DNA from: Myxococcota bacterium
Lineage (GTDB): Bacteria > Myxococcota_A > SURF-8 > G963663525
Assembly: GCA_963676915.2 (NCBI GenBank)
Contig: CAXXVK010000068.1
Span: 32,001 to 96,000 of the forward strand
Direction of reading: 5' to 3'
Length of the DNA: 64,000 bases
This document shows positions 30,698 through 40,114 of the stretch, piece after piece; position 1 is the stretch's first letter, and each line of letters starts with the position of its first letter. Position numbers and translations under genes: made by a program. Below the pieces are notes generated by a model. The model was not told where the DNA came from and searched no databases. It saw only the letters and a list, made by a program, of their open reading frames with translations.

Positions 30698-31067
30698 CGT
30701 TCTTGTCGATACCTCGGTCTGGATCGATTTTTTTCGAAACGATAAGGGATCTGCGGGCGATAAACTGGACAGACTGTTAGCAGAAGATCGCGTATTACTG
30801 TGCGGAGTTATCGAGATGGAGATTTTCCAGGGCTTACGAAAAAATGAGTTGAAAGCCGTTCAATCCATTTTTCGCCTGATTCCATATGTCGATACCACTC
30901 GTGAAGATTTCATCGGAGCCGGAAAGCTTTGGCAGACTCTTCGCAAAAAAGGGAAGACCATCCCTTCCACGGATTGCTTGATCGCTGAGGTATGCCTAAA
31001 GCGAGATGTGTTTCTGTTTTCCCTTGATGCCCATTTCGATGAAATTCGTTCGCTGAAGCGAATTTAA
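30690..31067 (+). CDS. vapC: Type II TA toxin, VapC/PIN-domain ribonuclease
   Basis: VLVDTSVWIDF, EIFQG, STDCLIA, SLDAHF. Confidence 0.93.
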   Translation: MADVLVDTSVWIDFFRNDKGSAGDKLDRLLAEDRVLLCGVIEMEIFQGLRKNELKAVQSIFRLIPYVDTTREDFIGAGKLWQTLRKKGKTIPSTDCLIAEVCLKRDVFLFSLDAHFDEIRSLKRI

Positions 31068-31209
31068 ACGAACTTGATCGATAAGGGGGGGGATTTTTTG
31101 TAGGGATACATCCTATTCCTGTTTCTTGCATTTTCGGTGCAATAATTGGCAGGATTCATCATTGAAAACAGATAATGTTGTGATTCTAAATAGTTACACG
31201 AAATATGAT

Positions 31210-31265
31210 GGGGCAGGATTGTATCCTGCCCCCAAACGTTTCGGTTCAGGTTGAAAACCTGAACC
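31210..31265 (+). repeat. Bipartite REP-like palindromic element, copy 1
   Basis: ggggcaggat-tgt-atcctgcccc, linker aaacgtttc, ggttcaggtt-gaa-aacctgaacc. Inverted homolog at 37375..37428. Confidence 0.75.
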
Positions 31266-31304
31266 AACGGATTTCGTGCGAGAAGTGCCATTCTTCCATT
31301 CTCG

Positions 31305-32189
31305 TCAGAATTTTCCTTCGAAGGTTTTCGCCGCGACTTCACCAATGGTCGTTGGCGAAAGCGCCGTAGGAACGCCACATTCGTTGAAGGTCGCGATTTT
31401 CTCTTTGGCGCTGCCGCCTTTTCCGGCGACGATGGCCCCGGCGTGTCCCATGCGTTTGCCCGGAGGTGCGTTTACACCTGTGACGTAAGCGACGAGCGGT
31501 TTCGTCATATGGTCACGGAAATAATACGCCGCTCGCTGTTCGGCGTCGCCGCCGATCTCGCCGATCAGCACCACGCCTTTCGTTTCGGGATCGTTCTCGA
31601 ATTCTTCCAGAACGTCGATAAAGCCCATGCCCACCACCGGATCACCGCCGATACCCAGGCATGTCGAAGGGTAATAGCCGTTGGCGGCCAATTGAGCCAC
31701 CGTTTCATAGGTCAGCGTTCCCGAACGGGAAATCACGCCTACGTTGCCCGGCTGGAAAATCGCCGGTGGTAGAATCCCCACACGAACTTTTGCCGCTGGG
31801 GAAATCACGCCGGGACAGTTGGGACCTACGAGGCGCGTATTGTTTCCAAGAGCTTTGATTGCCTGCTTGGTCTTGACCATATCCGCCGGGGGGATGCCCT
31901 CGGTAATCGTGACAACCAGTTCGACACCTGCCGCCGCCGCTTCGGTGATGGCATCCGCCGCCGCAGGAGGTGGAACGAAAACCACCGAGACGTTTCCGCC
32001 TGTTTGCTCTCGGGCTTCGGCCACTGTATCGAAGATCGGCACGCCCAGCACTTCTTCGCCACCACGTCCCGGCGTAACGCCTGCCACGATTTTCGTTCCG
32101 TATTGCTGCGATATTTCGGCATGAAACCGACCCGTTTTTCCGGTCAGACCCTGAACGATCAGTTTGCTGTTTTCATTGACAAGAATCAT
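31305..32189 (-). CDS. sucD: Succinyl-CoA synthetase alpha subunit
   Basis: [20 protein letters not shown], phospho-His motif MGHAGA. Confidence 0.98.
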   Translation of the reverse strand: MILVNENSKLIVQGLTGKTGRFHAEISQQYGTKIVAGVTPGRGGEEVLGVPIFDTVAEAREQTGGNVSVVFVPPPAAADAITEAAAAGVELVVTITEGIPPADMVKTKQAIKALGNNTRLVGPNCPGVISPAAKVRVGILPPAIFQPGNVGVISRSGTLTYETVAQLAANGYYPSTCLGIGGDPVVGMGFIDVLEEFENDPETKGVVLIGEIGGDAEQRAAYYFRDHMTKPLVAYVTGVNAPPGKRMGHAGAIVAGKGGSAKEKIATFNECGVPTALSPTTIGEVAAKTFEGKF

Positions 32190-32201
32190 GAATTTTCCCC
32201 T

Positions 32202-33371
32202 TTATTCGCACAGTTCTGCGGCTTTTCGTGCTGCGTTTCCGAAACCGGTTACCGGTGTAATCTCCAAGCCACTTTCGGCAAGGATTTTCCGGCCTTCCTC
32301 GGCCTTCGTCCCTTCCAGTCGCACAACGATAGGGAAGGGTGGAGACGCCTTGCGGCAGGCATTGACGACACCCTCGGCGATGACATCGCAACGCATGATG
32401 CCGCCGAAGATATTGACCAGCGCGACTTTCACGTCTTTGTCCGCCATCAGCAGACGAAAGGCCTTTTCAACCTGCTCGGCATTCGCTCCGCCACCGACAT
32501 CCAGGAAATTCGCAGGTTTGCGTCCCGTTTCGGCCAATGCGTCCACCGTGGCCATGGCCAATCCGGCTCCGTTGACCATGCAGCCGATCTCGCCTTCCAG
32601 TTTCACATAGCTGGCGCCGAAGGATGCTGCCGCCAGCGTACCGGGGTCTTCCTCGGTTTCGTCCATCCAATCGGCCAGGTCTTTTTGACGGAACATGGCG
32701 TTGTCTTCGATGGTCACTTTGGCATCGAGGGGAATTACGCCGTCAGGATCGGTCAAGGCCAGGGGGTTGACCTCGACCAGCGAACAATCGCGTTTCAGAA
32801 ACAGTTGAGACAGTTTGATGAGGACGGCTGCACCCTTGAGCATGTCCTTTTTGGCAAAGCCAAGCCGTGAGGCGATCAAGCGAGCTTGATGAGGACGTAA
32901 TCCGGCATCGGCGGAAAACTCCATCTTGCCGATTTTCTCCGGCGATGTCTCGGCCAATTCCTCGATTTCCATGCCACCTTCGGAGGAATAGATGCAAACC
33001 ATCCGTTCCTCGGCACGATCCAGCAAGAAGGCTACATAGACTTCTTTGAGCACCTTTGTAGCCGGAGTTAGAAGTACCTGATTGACGACTTTCCCTTCCG
33101 GCCCGGTTTGCGGCGTAACCAATGGGTTTCCAAGGATTTTTTCGGCGGCGGCAACGGCTTCGTCCACCGATTTCGCAAATTTTACACCGCCGCCTTTTCC
33201 TCGACCACCGGCATGAATCTGGGCTTTGACCATCACGCCGGGACGATCCGAGTCGAGCAGTTCACCCGCGAATTGTCGGACTTCTTCCAGGGTGGTTGCC
33301 ACCTTTCCGGGCGGTAGTTCGATGCCGGCTTCTTCGAAAAGCCGTTTGGCCTGGTACTCATGGAGTTTCAT
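32202..33371 (-). CDS. sucC: Succinyl-CoA synthetase beta subunit
   Basis: MKLHEYQAK, KAQIHAGGRGKGGG, NGAGLAMAT, NIFGGI.RCD. Confidence 0.98.
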   Translation of the reverse strand: MKLHEYQAKRLFEEAGIELPPGKVATTLEEVRQFAGELLDSDRPGVMVKAQIHAGGRGKGGGVKFAKSVDEAVAAAEKILGNPLVTPQTGPEGKVVNQVLLTPATKVLKEVYVAFLLDRAEERMVCIYSSEGGMEIEELAETSPEKIGKMEFSADAGLRPHQARLIASRLGFAKKDMLKGAAVLIKLSQLFLKRDCSLVEVNPLALTDPDGVIPLDAKVTIEDNAMFRQKDLADWMDETEEDPGTLAAASFGASYVKLEGEIGCMVNGAGLAMATVDALAETGRKPANFLDVGGGANAEQVEKAFRLLMADKDVKVALVNIFGGIMRCDVIAEGVVNACRKASPPFPIVVRLEGTKAEEGRKILAESGLEITPVTGFGNAARKAAELCE

Positions 33372-33670
33372 CGTCCATCCTCTCCTTTGAATGAAGGGAA
33401 CACGTTCGAGGCGCGAAAATCGTGTTCGTTGTTTGCGTTTTTCAAAACATAAGAACGGACGAGATCGTTGTAAAGGATGTTTTTTAGGAAAACTTCGGCA
33501 TAGTTAAATTTATAGGCGGAGAATTCAGGATAAATCGTCGTAGAACGAGGTTTTCAACGGAAATGTCAGACAAATTCCTGATCCGTCATTATAGGATTTT
33601 GGGTGCGCCTGTTTTGGGTTCTAATATGATCCAGCAACAGAACAACAAAGACAACATTGGATCGTAGAGG

Positions 33671-34393
33671 CTATTTTTCCCGTAAATAGCCCTTATCTTG
33701 GAAGGCTCGGATGCCCTTGAGAAGATACGTTCCCTGCCAGCAGAAAAATTCTCCGTGAACGAGACGTGCCTTGTCTTTCGGAAATTCGTTCAAGTGGGAT
33801 TCTTGCCAGAGAAACGGTTCGTTCGGTAACAGATAAACTTCGGGATGGTGGCTTTCCAATTCATCCAGACTTGTGGAGGGATAACGGTCCTTCGCACCGG
33901 CCAGCACGTTTTCGAATCCGGCCAGTTCCATCATGTTGTGAATGTACGTATCGCAGCTGACTGTCATCAACGGATCACGCCAAATGACATAGGCCGCTTT
34001 CACGGGCTTTTTTGCCGCTTTTTCTTCTGCGAGAAGTTCAAGTTGATTGCGGCAGCTTTCTTCCCACATGTGGGCGGCTTCGTTGGCGTTGGTACGTTGT
34101 CCCAGTTCCAGAACCGTGGCGATGGCGTCCTCGGCAGTACGTGAATCATCCACGAACACGGGCCAGCGCTTCATGATGCTTTCGGCCTGTTTTTTGTCGT
34201 TTTCTTCCTTGCAGAGGACGACGAGATCGGGTTCCAGAGCATGTAACGTTTTCAGATCGACGCTTTTCGGTCCCCCGAGATCTTTGACACCGGGCATTTC
34301 GGGACAATACGATGTTTTTCCTACGATATCGAAGCTGCGTCCCAGATCGATCAAAGTTTGAGTCAAAGACGGTACGAGAGACACGATGCGCAT
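33671..34393 (-). CDS. Helical-backbone metal receptor (BtuF/TroA-like), no signal peptide
   Basis: MRIVSLVPSLT, GGPK, EPDLV...KEEN, RYP, LPNEPF. Confidence 0.8.
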   Translation of the reverse strand: MRIVSLVPSLTQTLIDLGRSFDIVGKTSYCPEMPGVKDLGGPKSVDLKTLHALEPDLVVLCKEENDKKQAESIMKRWPVFVDDSRTAEDAIATVLELGQRTNANEAAHMWEESCRNQLELLAEEKAAKKPVKAAYVIWRDPLMTVSCDTYIHNMMELAGFENVLAGAKDRYPSTSLDELESHHPEVYLLPNEPFLWQESHLNEFPKDKARLVHGEFFCWQGTYLLKGIRAFQDKGYLREK

Positions 34394-34421
34394 TCAATCC
34401 TCCCTTGCTGGCATCCCGTAA

Positions 34422-34859
34422 TCACTTATTCTTTTCTATTGCAGGCCAGAGCTTCAGGCCGGTGGTGTCGTCCTGTTGTCGGACCAACGGTTCTCCGCTG
34501 AATTCATACACGATGCATTCCGCTACGAAAACTTCGGCTTCGAACAGGTGCCCGCCCAAGGCGCGACCTTCCCGGTCGCCGACCATCAGATGCAAATGGG
34601 GAAACACGTCTCCATCCAGCATGGAAATATTACCCGTGCAATGAAGGATTTCGACTTCATCCGGCAGGATATGGTTTTCGTAGGCGGCTGTTTTCTGATT
34701 GTAAAATCCCATTTTCGCATTGCGCAGAGCACCGATGATCGAAATGGAACCGTTTTGAATCTTTTCACTCGCAAGCAGGTTTTTTACACCGGATAACAAG
34801 TCTTCTCCCGGTGGGATACGTCCCATGACAACCCGCTTGATTTCTCCTTGATACAGCAT
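34422..34859 (-). CDS. PPC / DUF296 domain protein
   Basis: IIGAL, EILHCTGNIS, PHLHL, ALGGHL. Confidence 0.88.
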   Translation of the reverse strand: MLYQGEIKRVVMGRIPPGEDLLSGVKNLLASEKIQNGSISIIGALRNAKMGFYNQKTAAYENHILPDEVEILHCTGNISMLDGDVFPHLHLMVGDREGRALGGHLFEAEVFVAECIVYEFSGEPLVRQQDDTTGLKLWPAIEKNK

Positions 34860-35651
34860 GTTTCATCTCCGAAAAAGAATCGATGGTCGAAATTGTACCG
34901 AAGTTATTGAAAATTTCAACCCCCCTCATTTTCCCAGGGGTTCCAACGTGCTCCGGGAGTCTTCCATTTTAAGTACTTAGAAGCCATCTTAAAAATATAC
35001 TCCTGTCGTCTTTCGGATGCTTTCGGTCGATTTCGCCGCCGGTCTCGACTTGAAAGACTTCCGCTATTCCGCGTCTCGTCAACGACGAATTCGTCTCGAA
35101 ATCACCTCGAAATCCTCGGTCGGTATTTTTAGCCCGGATAATTCATGAGAAATCGTCGCGAGACGCTGAAAACCGATGATATTTCAAGAAGTTGGAACTG
35201 TTTTTTAACGGAAGCAACCTTGACAGGATGTTGAGTATAAAGAATCGGGAAACGAGTGAAAGATCGAGGATTTTCAAGTCGCAGCAGGTTTTTCATGAAT
35301 TTTCCGGGTTAGGATGACTTCTAGAAAAATTTCGTGGTAACTAACGTATTCTTGCTGTGAATTGTGCAATAAAACCAAGTTGGAAGTTTTACATAATTAT
35401 TTCATAGGCTTATGGATTGTAAACAGCTAGAGCGAAAAAGTGTTGGGCAGAAAGACCCAAGCGTTTTCAGTGTCATCAGCGAGCTAACTACGTGAAGTAA
35501 TTTGTAATTATGGAGATATGTAAACGTTAACAGGTTGGATAGGAAATTATCCGGCCAATTGATGTTTGAATCAAAAATTCTGAATTGGAGAAATTATTCC
35601 TTATTAAAAACTGGACGTTTTCGTTTGGCTATTGTAAATAGGAACCGGCTT

Positions 35652-35741
<90 letters not shown>

Positions 35742-35753
35742 GATTTTCCTGGT

Positions 35754-35786
35754 AAAACGGCGAGTTAGACAACTCGCCGTTTTTTT
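35754..35786 (+). terminator. Intrinsic terminator after tRNA-Ser
   Basis: aaaacggcgagtt-agac-aactcgccgtttt followed by more T. Confidence 0.8.
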
Positions 35787-36137
35787 GTGCCCATATAGTG
35801 CCCAAAATTTTCCTGTCCAACACCCCACCGCTGCTTTTTTGTCACCAGGCGTAAGGTGAGAATAGCGTTCGGTCATGGTAATCGAGGCGTGCCCTAAAAG
35901 TTCCTGAACGACTTTCAGGGGAACACCTTTCATGACCAAGTGGCTGGCAAAGGTGTGTCGCAGCACGTGCCAGCCGATTTTTCTCATTCCCGCTCGTTTG
36001 CTCGCATTCCAAACCTGGGATTTGACTTGTTGCTCGGACCAGTGTTTGCCTTGGGCTGTGTCGAAAACGAACTCATTGGGTCGTAATCGACGAGTCGGCA
36101 AACAGGCCAGTGCCAAATCGTTGAGAGGAATCTCTCG
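35787..36137 (-). pseudogene. C-terminal remnant of a tyrosine recombinase (phage integrase)
   Basis: REIPLND...HVLRHTFASHL...LLGHASITMTERYSHL (HxxR, H/W, catalytic Y). N-terminus absent. Points at the tRNA-Ser 3' end. Tandem gtgccca repeats at 35787 and 35798. Confidence 0.85.
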
Positions 36138-36232
36138 TCACTTGCTGACTGGATCGTTGCGATTCATCCGGTTGCTTCTGCTCAATCTGTGCTTCTTTTG
36201 TGTTGCTGTAACACCTGTTTCCCTAAAAACAT

Positions 36233-36446
36233 TTGCTCCAACGAATCGCTACGGCTATTGACTTCGTTACCAGTGTCGTTCGAAACACCGGTAAATTATG
36301 GGAAGTGTTGGAATTTGAGCAAAGGAATGCTTTGCAAAATCTACTTTTCCTGGATGGGTTGGAGTTTGATGGAGAGAAATTTGGAACCATAAAAACAAGA
36401 AAGGATTCCAATAACTTAGTTGGAATCCCAATCCTGTTTGAACGTT
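36233..36446 (+). pseudogene. Probable C-terminal remnant of a large serine recombinase reading into the tRNA-Glu 3' end
   Basis: KLWEVLEFEQRNALQNLLFLDGLEFDGEKFGT resembles serine-integrase C-termini (pattern recognition only). The frame runs into the reverse complement of the tRNA. Confidence 0.5.
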
Positions 36447-36521
36447 TGGCGGTCCCAGCGGGAATTGAACCCGCGTTTCAGGCTTGAGAGGCCCGCGTCC
36501 TAACCCCTAGACGATGGGACC
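36447..36521 (-). tRNA. tRNA-Glu(CTC)
   Basis: Reverse complement GGTCCCA...CGGGC-CTCTCAA-GCCTG...GGTTCAATTCC...TGGGACC-G-CCA. Confidence 0.96.
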
Positions 36522-36559
36522 AAAAGAAAACCGGACACCGTGGTCCGGTTTTCAAAAAG

Positions 36560-36633
36560 TGGCTCGGGGACCAGGGGTCGAACCTGGATTAACGGGGCCA
36601 GAACCCGTCGTCCTGCCATTAGACGATCCCCGA
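36560..36633 (-). tRNA. tRNA-Gln(CTG)
   Basis: Reverse complement TCGGGGA...ACGGG-TTCTGGC-CCCGT...GGTTCGACCCC...TCCCCGA-G-CCA. Confidence 0.96.
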
Positions 36634-36655
36634 TGATTCTCGGTTATTTAAAAAG

Positions 36656-36729
36656 TGGCTCGGGGACCAGGATTCGAACCTGGATTGGCGGAACCAAAAT
36701 CCGCAGTCCTGCCATTGAACGATCCCCGA
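36656..36729 (-). tRNA. tRNA-Gln(TTG)
   Basis: Reverse complement TCGGGGA...GCGGA-TTTTGGT-TCCGC...GGTTCGAATCC...TCCCCGA-G-CCA. Confidence 0.96.
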
Positions 36730-36746
36730 TCCCTAAAGAATCTTCG

Positions 36747-37103
36747 TTACGATCCGGGCGGTGGCGATGCATCGCGGGGGATAAACTGGATGTACACTCC
36801 CGTACGTATACGAGAAATGTTGATCCCCTGCCAGCGGTCTTTCAGCCGGTAGCTACGAAAATGCGTCAGCTTCACTCCGGGAAGCGAAACCGCTGTGAAA
36901 TGCACCACATCCTTGATTCCACGAAACTTTTTCGTGAAAAATTTCACGGCATTGTGATGCATCATGCTCACCTTGTATCGATTTTCCCCGACCTGAACAG
37001 CAGAATGGGGAAGCCTCATGCCAAGGTGTTCCGCAGCCGATGCATGACCGGCCCAACAGCCGATAACAATGAAAAGAACGAATGGGAGAACCATGGTCTT
37101 CAT
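36747..37103 (-). CDS. Small secreted hypothetical protein
   Basis: Signal peptide ending ASA-A, GGAG RBS. Ends 17 bp upstream of tRNA-Gln. Confidence 0.7.
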   Translation of the reverse strand: MKTMVLPFVLFIVIGCWAGHASAAEHLGMRLPHSAVQVGENRYKVSMMHHNAVKFFTKKFRGIKDVVHFTAVSLPGVKLTHFRSYRLKDRWQGINISRIRTGVYIQFIPRDASPPPGS

Positions 37104-37374
37104 GGGTGATCTCCAAAAATCGGGCTAAGTAATAGCCGAGAGTGTTAAGGTCGTCAAGATTTTTCTTCAAGGTGTTTCGGCGAATGCTCGGGAAAAGGAA
37201 AATTTCCGTTTGTGTAAGCGGAATATCGACCTCCCAAACGCCATGCTACCGAAATCAAACCCACACTATTGTATCTATTTTCACTTCGATAGAAACTTCT
37301 TTTTTCCCTAAAAGAGAACGTTAATTTAAATGGGGAGAAATTTGGAAAAACTCTTGTGTTGCATGAAAGCTGGT

Positions 37375-37428
37375 GGTTCAGGGTTTAACCTGAACCGAAA
37401 CGTTTAGGGCGGGATTGAATCCCGCCCT
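37375..37428 (-). repeat. Bipartite REP-like palindromic element, copy 2
   Basis: Reverse complement agggcgggat-tca-atcccgccct aaacgtttc ggttcaggttaaaccctgaacc aligns with 31210..31265. Confidence 0.75.
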
Positions 37429-37473
37429 GTCAATTCTTGTGTAACGTGTTGGAATTAAACCGTTATCTGTAGT

Positions 37474-37710
37474 CTAAAACGGTTCGATTGGAGCAAGTTG
37501 GATGCCGTAACGTCCATCTTTTGTAAGAAACTCCTTCACGTCCCCGGCTTCGGTGTAGATTAGCGCTGTGGCGTCGATATCCTGGTCCCGATTCTGTCGA
37601 AACGTCTGTCCCGCCGTGCCCGGTAGTTTGGGGCTGATCCAATGCAGACAAGCCACGGCAAGGGCGATGGACAGCAGGCCCATCGCCAGTTTGATCCAAC
37701 GCATGGCCAT
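37474..37710 (-). CDS. Small membrane-anchored hypothetical protein, translationally coupled to the YeiH-family gene
   Basis: TGATG stop/start overlap, N-terminal TM, QDIDATALIYTE motif. Confidence 0.7.
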   Translation of the reverse strand: MAMRWIKLAMGLLSIALAVACLHWISPKLPGTAGQTFRQNRDQDIDATALIYTEAGDVKEFLTKDGRYGIQLAPIEPF

Positions 37711-39011
37711 CAGATCACCTCGCCGAACAGGATGCCGCCGAACGCCAGCCAGGCCGCAAAAAGTGTCAGGAAGATGTTGAAACTTTGTCCGATGATGTAC
37801 AGAATGATCGGTTTTCCGCCAACGAGTTGACCTGCAAGATCGCGGAAATTCGATTCAAGTCCGATGCTTACAAACGCCAGACAGAAGAACCAGCCTCGGA
37901 AAACCTTCGACTGGTTGAGGATTTCGGAGACACCGTCACCACCGAGCATTGGCATCATGATAAAGCTGAACACTACGGAAGCCAGCACGAAACCGAGGAT
38001 GAATTTCGGGAAACGGTACCAGATTTCCATCAGGCTCGGGCGAGGCGCGTCCGGGTCGCGGTCCACTTTCGTAACCCAGGCAATGGCGACCACAAACGCA
38101 ACAAAGCCGATCAAAACATTCTGAATCATTTTGACCACAGCCGCCACTTTTTCGGCGTCCGGCCCCAAAAATGCTCCCGAAGCGACGACCGCCCCGGTGG
38201 AGTCGATGGTGCCGCCCAACCAGGCGCCGCCGACGGCGGGGGAAAGTCCGATGGCCTTGGCCAGCGCGGGCATTCCGACCATCATGATAACTGTGAAAAT
38301 CATCGTCATGCCGACGGCCAGAGTGAGTTCTTCTTTCTTCGCTCGGCAGGCCGCCGCCGTGGCGATGGCTGCCGATACACCGCAAACGCTCGTAGCCGCA
38401 GCCACGATGATGACGAAAGGTTTGGAGGTCATTTTTAGAAAACGGGTGCCGAAATACCACATGAAAATGATGACCGTCGGGGTGACCATCCATGCAACAA
38501 CCAGCCCTGGTCCACCAAGCTTGAGGATTTTCGAAAAGAGAATTTCAGCACCCAGCAGAACGAGTCCGGTTTTGATGAACATCTCCGAACGAGCGCCCGT
38601 CAATAACCATTTCGGTGTGCCGACCGTGTTGGAAATCAGCAAACCCAGTCCCAGCGCCCAAATGGCGTAACCGATACCCCAGGATTTGATCGTCGTTTGA
38701 TGCGCTAGGAAGTACGAGAGTACGGCAATCAGGAAAATGACTGCAAATCCGGGGAGATAGGTCTTCCATTTCTCTTTCATGACCAAGACGCCCAGGGTCG
38801 TCATGATGGCAAGACCCGCGAGCAATATGACCAGGGGAAGGAAAAGTTCCGATGGAAAAGCATCCAGCGGGTTCGAGGTCCATTTTCCGATTTTCGGTAC
38901 TTTATCGATCAATCCGATACTGATCAGAAAAATCAGGATTCCACCGAACCAGATCGCCCAGTAGTCTTCCTTCAACCAAAGATCCGTCCAGCCGCTTTTC
39001 TGCTCCTCCAT
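37710..39011 (-). CDS. YeiH / putative sulfate exporter family membrane protein
   Basis: Many TM segments, IKTGLVLLG, SVCGVSAAIA, GGTIDSTGAV, RFPKFILGF. AGGAGG RBS before ATG 39011. Confidence 0.88.
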   Translation of the reverse strand: MEEQKSGWTDLWLKEDYWAIWFGGILIFLISIGLIDKVPKIGKWTSNPLDAFPSELFLPLVILLAGLAIMTTLGVLVMKEKWKTYLPGFAVIFLIAVLSYFLAHQTTIKSWGIGYAIWALGLGLLISNTVGTPKWLLTGARSEMFIKTGLVLLGAEILFSKILKLGGPGLVVAWMVTPTVIIFMWYFGTRFLKMTSKPFVIIVAAATSVCGVSAAIATAAACRAKKEELTLAVGMTMIFTVIMMVGMPALAKAIGLSPAVGGAWLGGTIDSTGAVVASGAFLGPDAEKVAAVVKMIQNVLIGFVAFVVAIAWVTKVDRDPDAPRPSLMEIWYRFPKFILGFVLASVVFSFIMMPMLGGDGVSEILNQSKVFRGWFFCLAFVSIGLESNFRDLAGQLVGGKPIILYIIGQSFNIFLTLFAAWLAFGGILFGEVI

Positions 39012-39333
39012 CGTTTCGCCTCCTCTTGCGTGCTGTCCCGACCCTCCCAGAGCACCCGAGCCTACAGAAAAACCGCATGGCTCCAGCAAATTGTTCGTGT
39101 CGGGGAATGGATTTCCTCTTTCGGAACCTCACTTTACGCCTATCGTGTGGAGATTGCAATTCCAAATCAGGAATATACGAAAGGGTAGGGGTGTTTCTAA
39201 AAGCTGGTTTGTTCTGCATATTTCTTTGTATGGGCCATTATCGATCGAGATGAAAGAAAAAACATGGTTGTGTTTTTTTAGATCCGGTATGATAAGGTGA
39301 GTTATTTTGAAGACTGTGGTCAGGATAAGCCCG

Positions 39334-40050
39334 ATGTTGAAAAGTGATCCAAGAAACCGCAAAGGGATGCCGGAATTGATGCAGCTTGAAGATGAAATCG
39401 ACAAGCTGAAGCACAAGTTCGATTTGTATTTTGCTGGCATCGAAAATATCGATCCTCGGGACAAAAAAGTACGCGTTCAGCGCTTGATTGCCCGCCTGAA
39501 CGACATTTCCCCGCGCAATCCGAATATCAAGTTTCGTTTCCAGTCGGCAGCGGCACGTTATGTTGCTCTTAACCAATACTGGACTCGTATTTGTCGGCAA
39601 ATCGACGAAGGAACATACAAGCGCGATTTATTCAAAGCCAACATCAAGCGTCGGGAAGGAACGGAAGCTAAAACGTTTTTTGCCAAGGAAGCCGTACAGT
39701 TGCCAGCTTCCGAAGAAGGCGAAAACGCCGAGACTCCCGCTAAAAAAGAAACTCCCGCCGCCGCAGCTTCGGAAGCGTCTCGTCAGACACCTGCCACCTC
39801 TCAAGCGACCCGTCCGGCGTCTTCGCCGAAACCCGGAGCAAGCAAGGGTATGGATCTGCTCCTGGACAAGTACGTGGAACAGCGAAACAAAAACGGTGGT
39901 GGCACGGCCAATGTGGATCGGGAAGAACTGAAGAAAAAGCTTCGCAAACAAGCGGAACTACTGAAGAAAAAGCATGGGGCGAAAAGCGTGGGATTCAAAG
40001 TGGTGACGAGAGACGGCAAGACCTCGTTCCAACCCGTGCTCAAAAAATAA
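39334..40050 (+). CDS. Soluble protein with MXAN_5187-type C-terminal domain
   Basis: N-terminal helical domain (FDLYFAGIE...KFRF...YWTRICRQIDEGTYKRD), Pro/Ala linker, C-terminal KYVEQR...LRKQ..LLKKKHG.KSVGFKVV.RDGK. Start uncertain. Confidence 0.75.
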   Translation: MLKSDPRNRKGMPELMQLEDEIDKLKHKFDLYFAGIENIDPRDKKVRVQRLIARLNDISPRNPNIKFRFQSAAARYVALNQYWTRICRQIDEGTYKRDLFKANIKRREGTEAKTFFAKEAVQLPASEEGENAETPAKKETPAAAASEASRQTPATSQATRPASSPKPGASKGMDLLLDKYVEQRNKNGGGTANVDREELKKKLRKQAELLKKKHGAKSVGFKVVTRDGKTSFQPVLKK

Positions 40051-40071
40051 CCCAACCTTACCTGTTGTTTT

Positions 40072-40108
40072 TCGTAGCGACCGGTTCATTGCAAACCGGT
40101 CGCTACGA
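40072..40108. repeat. Perfect 15-bp inverted repeat between convergent genes (GTAG-type REP-like or bidirectional terminator)
   Basis: tcgtagcgaccggtt-cattgca-aaccggtcgctacga. Confidence 0.65.
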
Positions 40109-40114
40109 GAATAT

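Noticed and set aside
36560-36729. Near-identical tandem repeat that could suggest a CRISPR or att duplication
   Set aside because: Two complete tRNA-Gln isoacceptor genes. No CRISPR array or cas gene was seen anywhere in the window.
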